In this document: piece by piece, positions 49,741 through 62,950 of the stretch
Layout of the letters: the number at the start of each line of letters is the position of its first letter
How positions within the stretch are numbered: position 1 is the stretch's first letter
From: Eimeria praecox
Lineage: Eukaryota
Assembly: GCA_963920595.1 (NCBI GenBank)
Contig: OY986950.1
Location: forward strand, 2,232,001 to 2,296,000
DNA length: 64,000 bases
Reading direction: 5' to 3'
Position numbers and translations under genes: made by a program
The notes under the pieces: generated by a model
What the model saw: only the letters and a program-made list of their open reading frames with translations
Databases searched by the model: none
What the model was told of the DNA's origin: nothing

Positions 49741-52650
49741 TCAAGGCAGTCGTATTCGGAAGAATTGTCTTTCATCACCTAAGTTTGACTGGTTGCATAT
49801 GTTGAGGCTGCTCCCCATGGGTCGCCTTATTGACCACCTCAACTGCTCGAGGCTGTAGCTCGGTTTCTGGGCCTCAGGACCCAACCTGTGGCAAACGTCC
49901 TGCTCAATTTTCGTCCGTTTGTCCGGCTTCATAAACAGACAATGTGGCAAGGTACACAATTTTGTTTCTGTATGATGACGGGGTGCCAAAGTCCAACTAT
50001 TCAGTGAAATATATGGTTTTCACTTGGAGTTTAGAAATTTCTTCAAGGACACACGAACGCTGAGCTAGCAACAGAACCCTGAGATTATAATACATGAGCG
50101 AGTTTCATTGTATCCGCGAAGAGAGTGTAACGCTAACGTGTTCGCACTGAAGCTTACGTAAGTGAAGTTGCTGACAAGCTTGCTAGCTAAAACGCCTTCC
50201 TGAAGCGGGGAGGTTGAGTACCCGGAACGAACCTCACGTTAGAACATGTGCGTGTGCATTCTTACGGCTATTGGTTTACAAAAGCTTACATATGTAACAG
50301 TTGTAAGGTGCCCTTTACAGGAATCCCAGGGGCCACAACGTTGCTAATGCATTCATGTGTAGAGAAATATGCATTTAGCATACATTCTTGCAAGCCTTGT
50401 ATTTAGTCCACAGCAGCTGTCCAAAGGCAACAATGGGACTCAAAATGGGTGCAAATTCGTTGAAAAATAGATACTGCGGAAGCATATATTGATCAAGCGG
50501 AAGGAACTTTTCCGCTCCAACAACAACAGGGCGAACTGCGACAGCGCGGGTCCTGACACTATACCAGGGGCATGAGCCAGCCAGCAACGAAATAGTGACT
50601 CCCATCATAGCGGACCTGCTCGTAAGGGAGCAGCTACAATGGATGATGCCGAACGAGGGAAAACGTTCCCTTCAGTTTCGATATGCTCCCTAGGATTTCC
50701 AGTGGCCCCACATACGGCAAGAATTGCACTTTCGTTACTATCCTGGTTGTTCTTGAATGCATTCTCCGCCTACTTCCTAGCATTTCCTCTTCAAAGGATG
50801 AAAAAAAGACATAACAGGTGGCAAGTGGTGGGAGCTTATGAAGCTTAAGCAAAAGGCTAAACATGAGGAAAAGCCTGAGCCGGGGTTCAGTGCGTTTTAC
50901 AACAAAACACCCGTCTGTCACCGAAAGCAGCATGTCCACTGACAAGACTTAAAGCCTAATTCAGCAATTCATGCTTGCAGCACGAAAAGATAGATCATGT
51001 AAAGGGTAAGTGCTCAAGGTCCTCCCGTGGTTTGGCTTGCCAGAGAGTTACGCTCAGCATTACCAAACCAGCTCACTCAATCCCAGCAGTCCAAACGTAA
51101 TAGCTTCAACACTTCACCTAGAGGTGATGGTGTAGTAAAGCCTCAATGAAGGTCCTCTGTGGGAGATCTATTCAGAAGTCGGGAGGGTCACTTGCATTCC
51201 CCTCCCTGTTTAGGCCATCCATTCGCTGCCATTATTCACAGCTACTGGCCTCTCCCAGCAAAGGATACTTTAGCACAGAGTCAAATGCTGTCTATGATGT
51301 CCATCCTCTCTTATACAGTGCAACTGCAGTAGGGGGTTGTTCCGAAATCAATTGAAGTATCAATGCCACTCGAAACATACGGGCGATCCATTCCTTCCTA
51401 CCTGCAGCAAGCTACCATCAAAATGCAAGTCATAGCAAACAAACTATTTCTCCTTTGCGATTTTGGTTTCCCACTTGATCCGCATAGAAATGGTCTTGTC
51501 TGCTGCCCTATTCAACCGCAAGCCATGCCTAGTGGTCACTGCACGCTCAACATTGCAACCGAATACACAGTTTGCCTTGTTTTCCACAGCAACACACTCA
51601 TTTCGAATATTTAATTGAACCAAGAAGTTTCTGCTGGTATTTCTTCCTCTTTCTCGTCGCTAGAGCGACACCATTTCGCACGTCGTTGCTGGACAGAAGC
51701 GAGTCGGATAAATTCCCGTCTAGGTAACAAGTGGGCATGCCTTTCCACATCTTCCTGTATTCAAAGTATGCTACACCCTGAACGTAGAGCTCAGGTCTAA
51801 GAGAGGGCGTGTTTTGCACCGGAATACTAAGCAGCCAAACTGCAGGATTAAATACCGCCTGGAACTGCTGTAGTACCATATGAAACCATTATGGTGCCGA
51901 TCTCCTTGCTCATGAGAAAAGTACATGTAAGAAAGTTATAGCCACCATTGCAATTTGGATTTCCTAATGCCACAGAGAGACCTGCCGAATCCATTGCACA
52001 TGTGCCGGCGTAGGTAAGACCCAAACCTTGGATCAACCGGATGCCTATACGCTAGAGCACCACAATGAGTAACTCCACTGAAAAAGGCCCATGGGAACCA
52101 ACGGGCTGCGATTGTACCATTGGATAGAGCATTGCACACTGCTTTCAATCACAGAAGAGTAAATTCCCCGTGGTTGGTAATATCCTGCCATCATCGGCCT
52201 TCTAAGTGCCTAGATATTGTGTATAAAATTGCCCTTCCTCAGGCCGAGACTCTCTTGTCAGCTTTTGCCAGCGTGTAGGAGTACATTGGACTGCACAAAT
52301 CGGGAAGCTAACAATACAGGTTTGATATTCAAACGCGCGTTTTACATTGCTGTGCTGACTCATTTATGAAGACTATGACGGATGGCGTCTATATTTAAGT
52401 AGGGGGAGCACTAACTGCTACCCTTGTAACACTTAGGTTCTCCTAATATCTCAGCAGCTTCACCCGTGGGAGTGAACGAGAGTTGCAGCCCCCCAAACAT
52501 GCAGGGCCATGTCCTGTATAGTGCATGCCTTCGCCAAGGTGGTGGCATTCCCTGTAAAGTTGACGGCAAAGATTTTGGGGAGGCTGAGCAATCGGGCAGC
52601 CAAGGCGACGGCACGAGCTGGGAAATCTTGTGGAAAGTGCGGAGCGAAGG
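49741..52650 (-). pseudogene. Decayed paralogue 1 of the 45262-48826 membrane protein
   Basis: Colinear frameshifted matches (copy vs intact): VFINESA vs YLVNEFA; ILYTISRHLEGR*WQDI vs VLYVKVWTLGGRNVGFWREM; NFLTCTFLMSKEIGTIMVSYG vs NFYGSIFLPATHKATNVLVEFG; KRTEPRLRLFLMFS vs NRCWPRILQKLVSS; YLFFNEFAPIL vs AMLRYIRFAPIC; WSIRRPMGSSLNICNQSNLGDERQ vs WPLRSGCGSLGVYEQLRKEHDEKR. Confidence 0.65.
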
Positions 52651-54659
52651 CCTGCAAAAAATGCCTCAGGAGTTCTGGGCGCACCTGCAAGATTTTCAGG
52701 AAGCATTGTCAGAAGGCATGCAGCAAATCTGCTAGAACCGCGAAGAGCATCTGCAGGCGCTGCGGAAGGAAATTTCCAAAGCGTTGTAGACCGATGCTTC
52801 GCTGGAAAAAGTGCAGCAAATTCTGCACACAGTGTCGGAAAAAGCATTCTAAGTGTAATGCCATATTTAAAAAGCCGGCGTGCTTGTGTCAGGGCTGCGT
52901 ATGGAGCCAGAGATGCCTCAATCAGCGCAAACACAGAGGAAGGAACGCTGACTCACGCAAGTTTCCAAACGGGAGAAGGCTTCGAAAAGTCGAGGGCAGC
53001 AGCAAAGGCATTGAAGGAACAGAAAGACAGCTTGTAGGGCATGAGGATCGTCCCTCACAGCGAAAGGCAGACAAGAGATTAAACCTGCATCAAAGTAAAA
53101 ACGGTCGGAAAGGTGACAGGTCCCCTAAATTCAGCAAGCGGCGTCTGCCTTCTAGGAGCACCCCAGAAAGTGGCTCTAGCGATAAAGTAAGGGAGGCTGA
53201 ACAGTCTACAGTAAAGCTCGAAAAGCATAAGAAAGTAGCCAGGAACAGGAAAGAGGAGTCAAAAGCACGAAAAGAAGCAGGCAGGCCGAGGTCATCCGTG
53301 GTAGCGCACACTGCAGGATTCCCTATGAGCAAGGCGTCGTTAGCAGCTTCAGAGGGAAAAGATAGCGATGGAATCGAGAGGCAGCAGATTTCAAGTTTAG
53401 AAGGTAAGAGCAGAAAGCGCAAAGCTGGATCTCAAGCATGTTCAGCAGCTCACGAACGGGAAGCGCATGCAACCCGAGAAGATTCGCAGGCAGGAGATAA
53501 AAATGAAGCCAGTAGGCTTCATCCCCCAAGGACAAGAGAACAAATCAACAATCCGAATACAAATCTCCCCTCAAAGCGAAACAGAGCTCGGGAGCCGAAG
53601 CATTCAAACGAGCATGGTGCACATGTATCTGGAACTAACAGCGCAGATGGCATCAAGCAAAGGCAACACCAGAAAGCAAAACCGCGTGAACAAACAACAA
53701 GGCAATCGAAAGGGAAAGCAGTTGCAGATGTGGTGAAAACCCCTCCAGCTGAGGCAGAATTGCCTCATAGGAAAGCTAGCTTGCAACACAAAGGTAAGAT
53801 GAACTCATAGCTGCAACTGAAACATGACTGATGTGGGAAGGCATCAAATGATTGCCAGCCAAATGTCATTTCGTGGCAGGCGCCTTGCCGAAACCAAGAT
53901 GTGCTCATTCTTGTGTCTTTGTTTCCAGATTCGGTTGCAGAAATAAACCGTAACGCCAAGGAACACTCAGAAAAGTTTCATTGGGCTCCTAGAGAAGAGC
54001 GCTCTTCGCAGGGGAAGCAGCGAAATGATCCAGAAGGCATGGATAAGACAGTAGAAGAGGCAGAGTGCCCCAAAAATGATGGCTCTTTAAAGCAACACAG
54101 TACTCGGGTGCAAAAGCAGAAGAAATCAGATGATGCTAAACAATGCAGCATGGTGGACAAGCCGAAAAGCTTGGCCGCGCCAGTAGCTGAAGCGATAGAA
54201 AAAAAAAAGAAAAGTGAGAAGCAGAGACACAACTCGAATGCAGCGAAAAATGTGATAAGCAGGCATACGATGGAAACGCCAAGACAGGATGTTTCAGAAG
54301 GTTCCTGCAAGCTACAACGTGGAAATGCAGCTTCAAATCAAACTAATGGGAACAATTTGGAGCTGAAGAAAGACGGCCTAGCTCTGCCATGCACCGGTGA
54401 AACGAAGCTGCCCAAAGCAGCAAAGGCAGCTGACCCCATGCCAACAAGCCACAAAATAACTATAGAAAGCCAAGGGATCCAGAGCGAGCCTGTCGCTGGA
54501 ACTGGACCTGCTGAGCAGCGCCTGACATCTGGTTGCCAAAATCGCGAATCTCACTTCTGCGAAGACAAGCAGCTGGCAGATCAAACCACACTATTCGGCA
54601 TCGAGTGCAGGGTTCGTCCCGAGTCTGCCCATTCGGCAAAGTGGATAAGTTTCGCATGA
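52509..54659 (+). CDS. Hypothetical basic protein (~671 aa) with a Cys/Lys/Arg-rich N-terminus and a disordered charged tail (2 exons)
   Basis: Exons 52509-53793 (G|GTAAGA) and 53929-54659 (TTTCCAG|AT) join in phase. About 19 Cys in the first ~136 aa, many as CxxC/CxxxC among K/R residues. Confidence 0.7.
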
Positions 54660-55069
54660 GTCCAAGCAATCTATTTTGACTTCTTCTACAGCCGCAGCTA
54701 AAATATTTAAGATTTGAGAATACGTTTATTCGTTTCCTGCCCAAAGCCAAAACTTTATGCTAGGAGGAACCTAGCGTGAGTCAAGAACACGCTCGTGTAA
54801 TATGCGGGAAAATTAAGCTTAGGAGATGGGCATCATCCAATCTAGAGACTCCCTCTCCTGATTAGCTTAGTGGCCCACGTCAGGCAGGCGACGCTTCTCA
54901 TTTTGGCTTTAGTCAAGCTGTGACAGGCAGGTGCAAGTCTCTTGTGATCCGCAGTTTGTACAAAGTTCCCTTCAGTATGGATATGTTAAATAACTTCCAT
55001 TAAAAAAAGTCCCTCCTCCTTCCCCCCACGTGGAGGCAGAAACGGAAGCTCGTAAGGATGTACGTATTC

Positions 55070-56795
55070 TTAAGTTTTAGTTTTCTTTTTCCCTTTAGTC
55101 TTCCGCGCTGCGGCCTTCTTCAGCGCGATGTACTCTTCGCGCTGGCTGATTCCACGCCAGTAAGACTGAAGGAGACAAGCTGCGGCAGCCTTATTGGCCC
55201 TTTCCGCTTCCGCCCTTGCAAACACTGCCCTCGATATGCGTGTTGCATTCTCCTTTCTCTCGGTCTCTTCGTCAATTGCTTCTAGAGCCTTAGTCAGAGA
55301 TGCCAATGACTCTTCGTCAGCCTTATTCTTCTGCCGCACTGCTTGGATCTCTGCAGAAGAACAAGATTACGCATACACATCTCATTGTCACCTGGTGTAA
55401 TGTGTAAAAGTGTCTTCACTTCTCTAACTACAGGAAGGAATGGCAATACAGGCAATTTTATGTGGGCAGATTCAAACGTCATGGGTCTCCTCAGTTGATG
55501 GTGTACTTTCTACCTCTTTCCTTCTGAGATATATCCCTATCGAGGGCCTTTACAGCATTTTCTAGATCTCTCTTGGCTATCTTTTGGTTGCGGATCCGCG
55601 CATCTATTTCTTCCCGTGCTGCTGCTGCTTGATTTGCTCCACGCTTTTCTAACTGGGCTTTGAATGCAGCTGCGTCGGCAGTTTTCCGTTGAAAAGCACG
55701 TGTCTGCTGGGAGTCACGCTTAGCGAATTCCTCGTTCATCTGCCAAAGCCGCTGTTCCGTACTATTTTGGATATCATGCAGGTCCGACTTTAGCTTAGCA
55801 ATCGCTTCTGATGATCTAGCTGCATGCTTTTGCCTTTCAGCTCGAAGCTGTGCCAACTGGGCCTCTAGCTCTGCGCGGCGGTCTTCTGCGGACCTCTCCT
55901 GCTGAAGATACATTTGCAGTAGCTCTTCGTTGGCCTTTTCGTCTTCTACAGCCGTTGTCAGGCGTTTCAGCATCACTTCCTGTGGCAATACGGAAATGCC
56001 ATGAGCGGGCTTCCCACTTCTTTCGTCAAAGATATGTTTTGGCCGCATCAACCTAATCCCACCGTGTAGTGTTGTTCGAGAGAGAGCACATTATGCAACT
56101 TCCCACTTTTGCTGCAGTCATACAGTGAAAACGAGGGGAAAAAAGATGCCTTCTCTCGAGCCCACCTGCATTTCTGCCAACGCATGTACGAATTTTACTG
56201 AGTTGACAGGCTTTGCTTCTTGTAGAGCTCGCAATTCTTGCACTATGTTAGGCACCTCTCTCATTTTCCTACACAATTCCCTTGTGTTTCTTTCTAGCTG
56301 CTCAGCGATTTCCTGCAAGTCGTCCACATCTAGTGATGCTACGCCCGCTTCTTCGCTGGTTGCAGTGCTCCCATGATATAGCTCTTCAAGCCTAGTTTGC
56401 TCGGCCATGCGTTTCAACACTTCATGACCGAGGATCTCTGCAGTGTGCCCAGAGTCATTCTCCTGGATTGCCTCTAAAACCTGAAGGGCACCATGGGGGC
56501 ATCAACCTTTAGACTTCACCCAAAATGCAACCAGATCAGCTGCATAATATATGATACTTAATTTCTTTGCTTCCCATTCTGGTATGCTGATCCGTCTTGC
56601 AAGTTACTGCAATTGAAGGGCATTGGAAGGTCATCGGAAGGACCTATTCTTTTCACCTCGGGTGAGTAGGCGCAAATTGGCCCACTTCCTTACTTGGGGA
56701 CTAACAAAGGTGAGCAGTGTAAGCTTCTGTGTTAGCTCATCCATGACGGACGCAATCCGATGAACGTCGGAGCTCATCGGTTTTGCCGACGCCAT
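55070..56795 (-). CDS. DRC10: Dynein regulatory complex subunit 10 (IQCD), flagellar coiled-coil protein with C-terminal IQ motif (4 exons, ~387 aa)
   Basis: Exons 56795-56694, 56480-56166, 55979-55514 and 55350-55070 are phase-consistent; start context CAAAAATGG. N-terminus DVHRIASVMDELTQKLTLL, LERNTRELCRKM, coiled coil, IQ motif AACLLQSYWRGISQR and a Lys-rich tail match the DRC10/IQCD architecture. Confidence 0.75.
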
Positions 56796-56899
56796 TTTTG
56801 GGCATTATCATCAGACTTGCTCAATGCGGCTGGGATATGTGGTTCCCTTTCCTTCTCTGCATAATTCTAGTAGAAATGCAAATGCTATTTTGCAGTTCT

Positions 56900-59430
56900 A
56901 GTTCGGTTTACTTCAACCTCTTCACACCTGCTCACCACGCCACAGATCAGGCCACGATTGGCAGAAGTCATGCTATCCGACTGACTAAAGCTCCCAAGTG
57001 TCGGTAAAGTGATTGCATGAATTGCGCGATTCGCTTGGTGAAATGTTATGCAGGATAATCAGTTGGAGTTCAGGGGCCATACCTCTCGGGAACTGTCCCT
57101 GACCACCAAACGCTTTACCCATGCCAACGCGCAATACCATATTACAAGGGAACCGATTTATGCCTTTTTGATTTAGGCTTTCTTCCGATTTCAGGCCACC
57201 CATTGAGACAAAGAGCAAACCGGCTGTAGAAGAAGGAAGAACAGTGTCAGCACTCCATTTTTGCGCGGGGGGAGCACGGGAGAAACACGCCCCACGGTAT
57301 CCTCATAGAACCAATCCTGGTAAACTGGTTTGAAAGAACGCAGTCTGCAATTCAGCGGTGCGAAAAGGATAAAATTACCACATAAGAGTATATCGCCGTC
57401 GAGGACGCTGACTCTGGACCAAAGCCATACATGCTAAGGAGGAGCCAGAGAGTGTTCATGCCCCATATGTCCCAGGAACAGCACCGTTTAAGAGGCTTCT
57501 CCAGAAGCAGTGATAATTTGCCATTTATTTGGTTTGATACGGAAGAGGCACTGTTTCGACAAGCGTTGTTAATGATACTTTCTTTGCCGGCCGATGAGCC
57601 TGATGGCGACACGGGCGCTTGTCTGAAGCCACGAGGCTAGAGCTGTTTCAGCCAGAGATGCGGCAATATGTATGTACCAAAACTCCACAAACAAAAGGTT
57701 CCCTTGATTTTTTGTGGCTCTGTAACCATAGGGCATAGAGGCTTCCACTTTTGTTGCCAGCCATTCTGCCCTCTACATTGTTAGGGTCACTGCTGCTCCC
57801 TCTGCCTGTGGCAGGTGAATCCAAGTTCACCGGGTGTGTGCGCTCACCCGCTTGTTCACTTCAGATTTTAAAACCTACGTCAATCTTGTCTTTTCGCTTT
57901 TAAAAGCATCTCCCGCCTTCCCTTGGTGTTCTGGTGTGAATTGAGGAGCGGTGCAGTGTTGCTGCCTTCAACATTTTGTCGTGTCCGAATATTTGAGGAG
58001 CTGCATGCTATGGTAATGAGCTTCTAGCTAAACTCAAATGCTAAAAATGCAATGCCGGTGTTCAGGTGAGAGGAGAATGCCTTCACGTGGGAATGTTAAA
58101 TATTGTTAACTGCTAGGTGGAACAACTCCAATGGGTGCCATCAGAACAGGTCTTGTTTCCTGCTGTAGGACCCTTTGAGCAAAAGTTCGTCCTCTGGATG
58201 AAAGAATACAGGTAAGCTTTCTCGTAGTACTACCATGTGTACTCGCTCCCTCCAACGCAGGGTCAACGGCCTTCGGGTGACTAAACTCCACTACCAGTTT
58301 CTAACCTATTGCTGTTTGGTGTCTAGCTTCCCCAGTCACGTAGTATCCCTCCATACACCCGTATTATGTACTCTGAATGCCCCACCACCTTTTCTAACCG
58401 ACAGTTAACCACATCATCACCCCAAGATGTTGTGCAATAGTGCTAGCTCTGCTGTAAGGCTGCGTGCGCATGTGAAGTGGACGCATTCTTCACGATTTCT
58501 TAAGCCAAAAAAGAGTATCAGGCTGAACGAAGCCCCTCCTAGTGTGCAAGAGCTTCTCCAAATGCAAATGAAACCAGTCTTACATGTTGCTACATGTTTT
58601 TGAGCTGTCAAGGGCCGATTGGAGAATTCTTCCAACATAAATCCGAGGAATATCCATGATTCCGCTGGATTCTCTAAGTCCTACTAGTCCGCAGTTTCGG
58701 CGCTACGACCCCCTGGCGCTAGTGAGTAGCTCTACCACAAATGGCATGCGTTACAAATGCAGTACTTTATAAGTGGCGGAATTGATTAGCATATCCTTGG
58801 TTTCAGGCCCTCTCTCCTTACACTTGGGGAGCTGTTGTTACCCTGATACTACCTTGTGTTACTGCCACTGCGCTGTATACAATTGCGCTAGGACGGCCAA
58901 AGCCTCATTGCAAATTCCCGTGAAACCCGTGGTACAGAGCTACCTGTTGGAACCGCCTGCGGGTAGGTGCAGCACCCCCCTGTAACTCCATAATTTATGT
59001 AACCAAGTGCAACAGACGCTTCCAACCATTGCGTATCTCTGCTGAAGCAGTTGCTGGAGCCAGAACTTGCAATTCAGGAAGCCAGCCAATGTTTTCAGAG
59101 ATTTGCTCATGGGTCATTCACAAATGGCAGGCAATCTTATATGGGTTAGCATGCACATTCCCCTTACTCTTAGCCTTAGTGGACAGTTGTACTATGCTCA
59201 TATGTTGTCGCAATACTTCATACCATAGGATTTCCCTTCGCCCTTGTTGTGTTTGGCCCTACCTTCTTGCACCCGTTTACGACGGTTAGACGGCAGATTC
59301 CATCTGAATACGTTGCAGGCTTGACGGTCTGTTCTTTGTCCCCGATGCCTCTTACTTATACCGAAAGTCCCAATTTGTTTTTTAAGCCTGGTTATCCCTG
59401 TAGCTGTCCGAGTTATCCTTTTCAACTGAA
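56900..59430 (-). pseudogene. Decayed, 3'-truncated paralogue 2 of the membrane-protein family
   Basis: Copy vs intact: TDRQACNVFRWNL vs VDRRLCYMFCMFL (~59310); YNCPL vs YKDCPL (~59185); LILFFGL vs GIVFFGV (~58510); AELALLHNILG vs GELALANFYG (~58435); LLEKPLKRCCSWDIW..ASSTAIY vs LEFDKILCCFAIVWDAW..ASSIFLY (~57510-57385). Confidence 0.65.
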
Positions 59431-60199
59431 GCTAGCAGTAGAAGCTCCTGCAGCAGCTTCCGTACTGGTTTTCCAGTCATTTAGCCTTTGCTCTCTGATC
59501 TTCCAGCAAATATCCATTTCCGCGTGTACATTGCTAAACGTGTTGCAGTCTCTCTGGGCCTTCCCCCAACCGCACCACATCACTTTCCCTGTGTGGAACT
59601 CAATGTAGAAGCTTAAATTAGGAATCATATATCTCACAGGTACTTCCGTAACTCACCAGTTGAAATCGCGATGTAAAAATTAAATCATGAGTTGACAGGC
59701 CGATTTTCAGATGGTTATGGGGATATGCTTGTTTCCTAAGCCCAGTAGTGCAGCTTATTGAACTTGAACTTGAGCATATTCAGCACACCCTCATGCTAAA
59801 CCGACTTCCCTGTAATCAACTCTAAACCGGGAAGGCTCTTACTGCTATGTGAATGATAATTGCAGTAGGGATTGTCTACGGGCTGCTGAAAGCTGAGATA
59901 TGGCCTAAGATCGTGAGTTTCTGCTGCATGACAGCATGAAGACAAAAAGCATTAACTAAACATTAGCGAAGGTGCAATGTGGGATAAGGGTTAGCATTGG
60001 CTGACGCCACCGTACTGTTGCACACACAACACTCAATTTGTGGGGTCCAATTTGTGGGCCCAGCCGTCAACCGAAGGGGAGCCAAAATGACAAATTCAGT
60101 CTTATCCTTTTTCAAGCGGACTAAAGCGAATCAATATTCAACTCTTTCTCTTGATCTTTGGCTCACTATACGCTAAGCATGAATTCCATCTTCTCCGCA

Positions 60200-62950
60200 A
60201 CTATAATTGCGACTCCTACTGCGTGCAACCCTAGAATGGTACAAACTGGAACTCTAGAAGCCTACCTGGAAGAGGGAAAAGAGAAAAACGGCAAATAATA
60301 TGCATATATTATTGGAAACACGTCTATCTTCACGAGGGAGAAAACAAGGCGAGGGTGGTGTGCACACACTGGCTAGCTGTGAGATTGGCACTGAACCCGA
60401 CGCGTTGAGGATCAATCTAGGGGTCAACGGATGATTCCCCTCCCTCTTTTGGGGGGATTCGAACTGGGATATCAATGGAAGGCTGCCTTCTGAATATTTA
60501 AAGGGAGGCTCCAATGAGGGTATTACGTTGAGCGTAGCGCATGTATCGTGAGAGTGCAACTGAGTAGGGATGCCAACTACCTATAAGAAGCGGCAAGGAA
60601 GACCGTTCTTCACAACAACAACGTGCTTGGCGGTGAGCTGCTACGGGGCAGTCCATCTAAGGTTCTCTGAGCTGTGCGGTTGTGCCTCAATGAGATATCG
60701 AGCATTGATAATGTAAATATTAAATGATGTAGTAAGCAAATGCCACGCTGGAAAGGCTTGGGTGCGTAGGAGCAAGCATCGACCTAGAGGCACCGGTTTG
60801 TCCCAGGGAAATCGGTAGACGTGATGTGCAAAGATGCACAGGATACCAATAGGGTGCTTTTTCATCAACTTGTCCAGCCGGACAGCAATTTCGTCCGGGT
60901 AATGCATGAAGGAATTTTCAACTCCAGGCATGATGGAATTTTAGGAGGTTCATCTCAGGAGGGAGAGGTCCGTCGTCTTCTATCACGAAGTGCATTTCAA
61001 TACTTACGGTACCGATAATGTTCTCAAGTGAACTTGGAGGACTACAACACCTAGCGAAAAGAAGCGAATCGTCGTGTCCGGGAATCCCCCCGGGAATACT
61101 GAGCTCTTCAATGTCTAGGATAAAACGGATGTAACAAGATTTACCGGACATAGCACCTCTGGCCGAAACCAGCTTTGCTGATGCCTGCTTTGTGTCTTGG
61201 TGTTCAACGTATCTCAAAATGGTCAACGGATCTTCTGTACGTGGCAAAAGGCATGCATCACGGTAAAAGCAGTTGTGAACGTGGACAAAAGACGATTGGG
61301 AACGTTGAGATGCTTCTGGATGCTAATGCAAGAGCACCCAGGCAGCACACATTGACTTCCACGTAAACGCAGGAAGGGCCAGTGGGAGGAGGCACCAACC
61401 TGGGGAGCGACAGGAACACCATTCCTAGTGCACATGCAAGGGAAGGGAGCAGCTATCACTGCGTTGTCATCCCACAAAAGGACCCTGTCACCTGGTGCAA
61501 CGAGCAAAGGACGTGGTGCTATGAGTCACCATGTACGTCAATGATGGACCCCTTCTTTGGAAAGCTTAAATGGCCGTGCCTAGGCGTTAGGGGAGACAAG
61601 CATACCAGTCGCTCTCGGAAATGCTAGACTAAGAGGGGGGAGTGCCTCCAGGAGAGAGTGGCGTCGAATGCTCCAGGAGCTAACTGAAACATCTTCTGGA
61701 AAGTCAAAAGAAAGAAAACAAGAGCGACCAGGCAGGCGATACGTGAAGGGGCGCGGGTGAACTGCGTAGCCAGGACGCCGTAAAATCATTCCTTGAGATG
61801 AATCCCATATCCAACAGGATAATATACACAAATAAAACGCGCTTGCTGAGCTGCGTACGGGGTGGCTCCAAAGCTGCCCTACGGAACTCAGGACTCTAGA
61901 GAGGTGTTTCGCATATGGGCTGATATGACACTTACCTGAGTTTCCTTTCCATGGGATCGTTCCGGCGCTAGCTCCCGCTGATGAAGTTGTGGCTTACCTC
62001 CTGAGCCTCCTAGTTTCTAGCAAGTATTTGCACTTCCCCTAGGGGGACCTCGCGCATCTTCAATCTTCACCGGCCACCTCTGTTATTCTGCTGGCTACGT
62101 GCTAGTATTGGCCCTCCAACAGCGCTTGCCGGAGCTCAGTCATTCCGCACAAGCATGAGGCTCCTCTTGACAGATAGAGGCGGATCATGGATAGGATGGC
62201 TGGAGACAAAAGGGCGAAATGCCTCGCAGATATTGGTACGCTTATTACCGGGAAGAGCCAAGCAGCTTTGTGCGTCAATATTCAATATCCTGACAGAAGT
62301 TTTCAACCAGCGTAAAAATGTTAAAACTATGTAATCTTTTCTAGCATCCACCCCTGAACTGAGGAATAGTCACAATAGTCACAGAAAAAAGTGTGTGAGC
62401 AACTATATGAACGAATGCGCGGGGAAGTCTTCGGGTGAGATAAGCGTGTGTATCTAGGAGGTTTGCGAACACACTTTTAGATCTAGAGGTTCCCCCAGCA
62501 AACCTCATTATATGCACCCTTGCTGGCCACCGCCCTAGACATCCGTAAAAATTTAATGGGTGCTGAGGCTGTATGCACCTCCGCATGCCTACGGAATGAA
62601 AACCAGGGGAGGGCAATCCTCATATGCAGCACAGGCACCTTGGCACTTTGGCTGCAAATCCTCGTGTGTAGGACCATTAGGATATGCTGTTTAAAAACTT
62701 AGAGATTATCCAGAAAGTTGGATCTGCCTGAGGCTCGATGTAGGCAAGCGCCGCACTGAAGGAACACCATCATTCCCCTTACTGGCCTGAGCATTAGTAG
62801 GCTACAACGAGAAAGGAAGTCCCGACTAAAAAAGGCAAGGTACAAGAACGCAGTAGGAAGCACTTCCTGCGAGCGACGTTGGGTCAGGTCACTGTTGGAC
62901 ACTTCCGCTAATGTTAACGGTGAATGGTTTAGAGGGCCCACGGAACCTAG
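60200..62950 (-). pseudogene. Decayed paralogue 3 of the membrane-protein family
   Basis: Copy vs intact: LMLRPVRGMMV vs STLHPVMALWMV (~62785); VFKQHILMVLHTRI vs EFALHVTYVLYVKV (~62680); RAFVHIVAHTLFSVTI vs RALIFHLPGIVFFGVDI (~62400, same ~91-codon spacing); ILSCWIWDSSQGMILR vs ILCCFAIVWDAWRYLLIR (~61805); LLEFQFVPF*G vs MLRYIRFAPICG (~60245). Confidence 0.6.

Noticed and set aside
53808..53901. Same-frame ORFs 52509-53810 and 53901-54659 as stop-codon readthrough
   Set aside because: A canonical phase-consistent intron (53794-53928) removes the stops.
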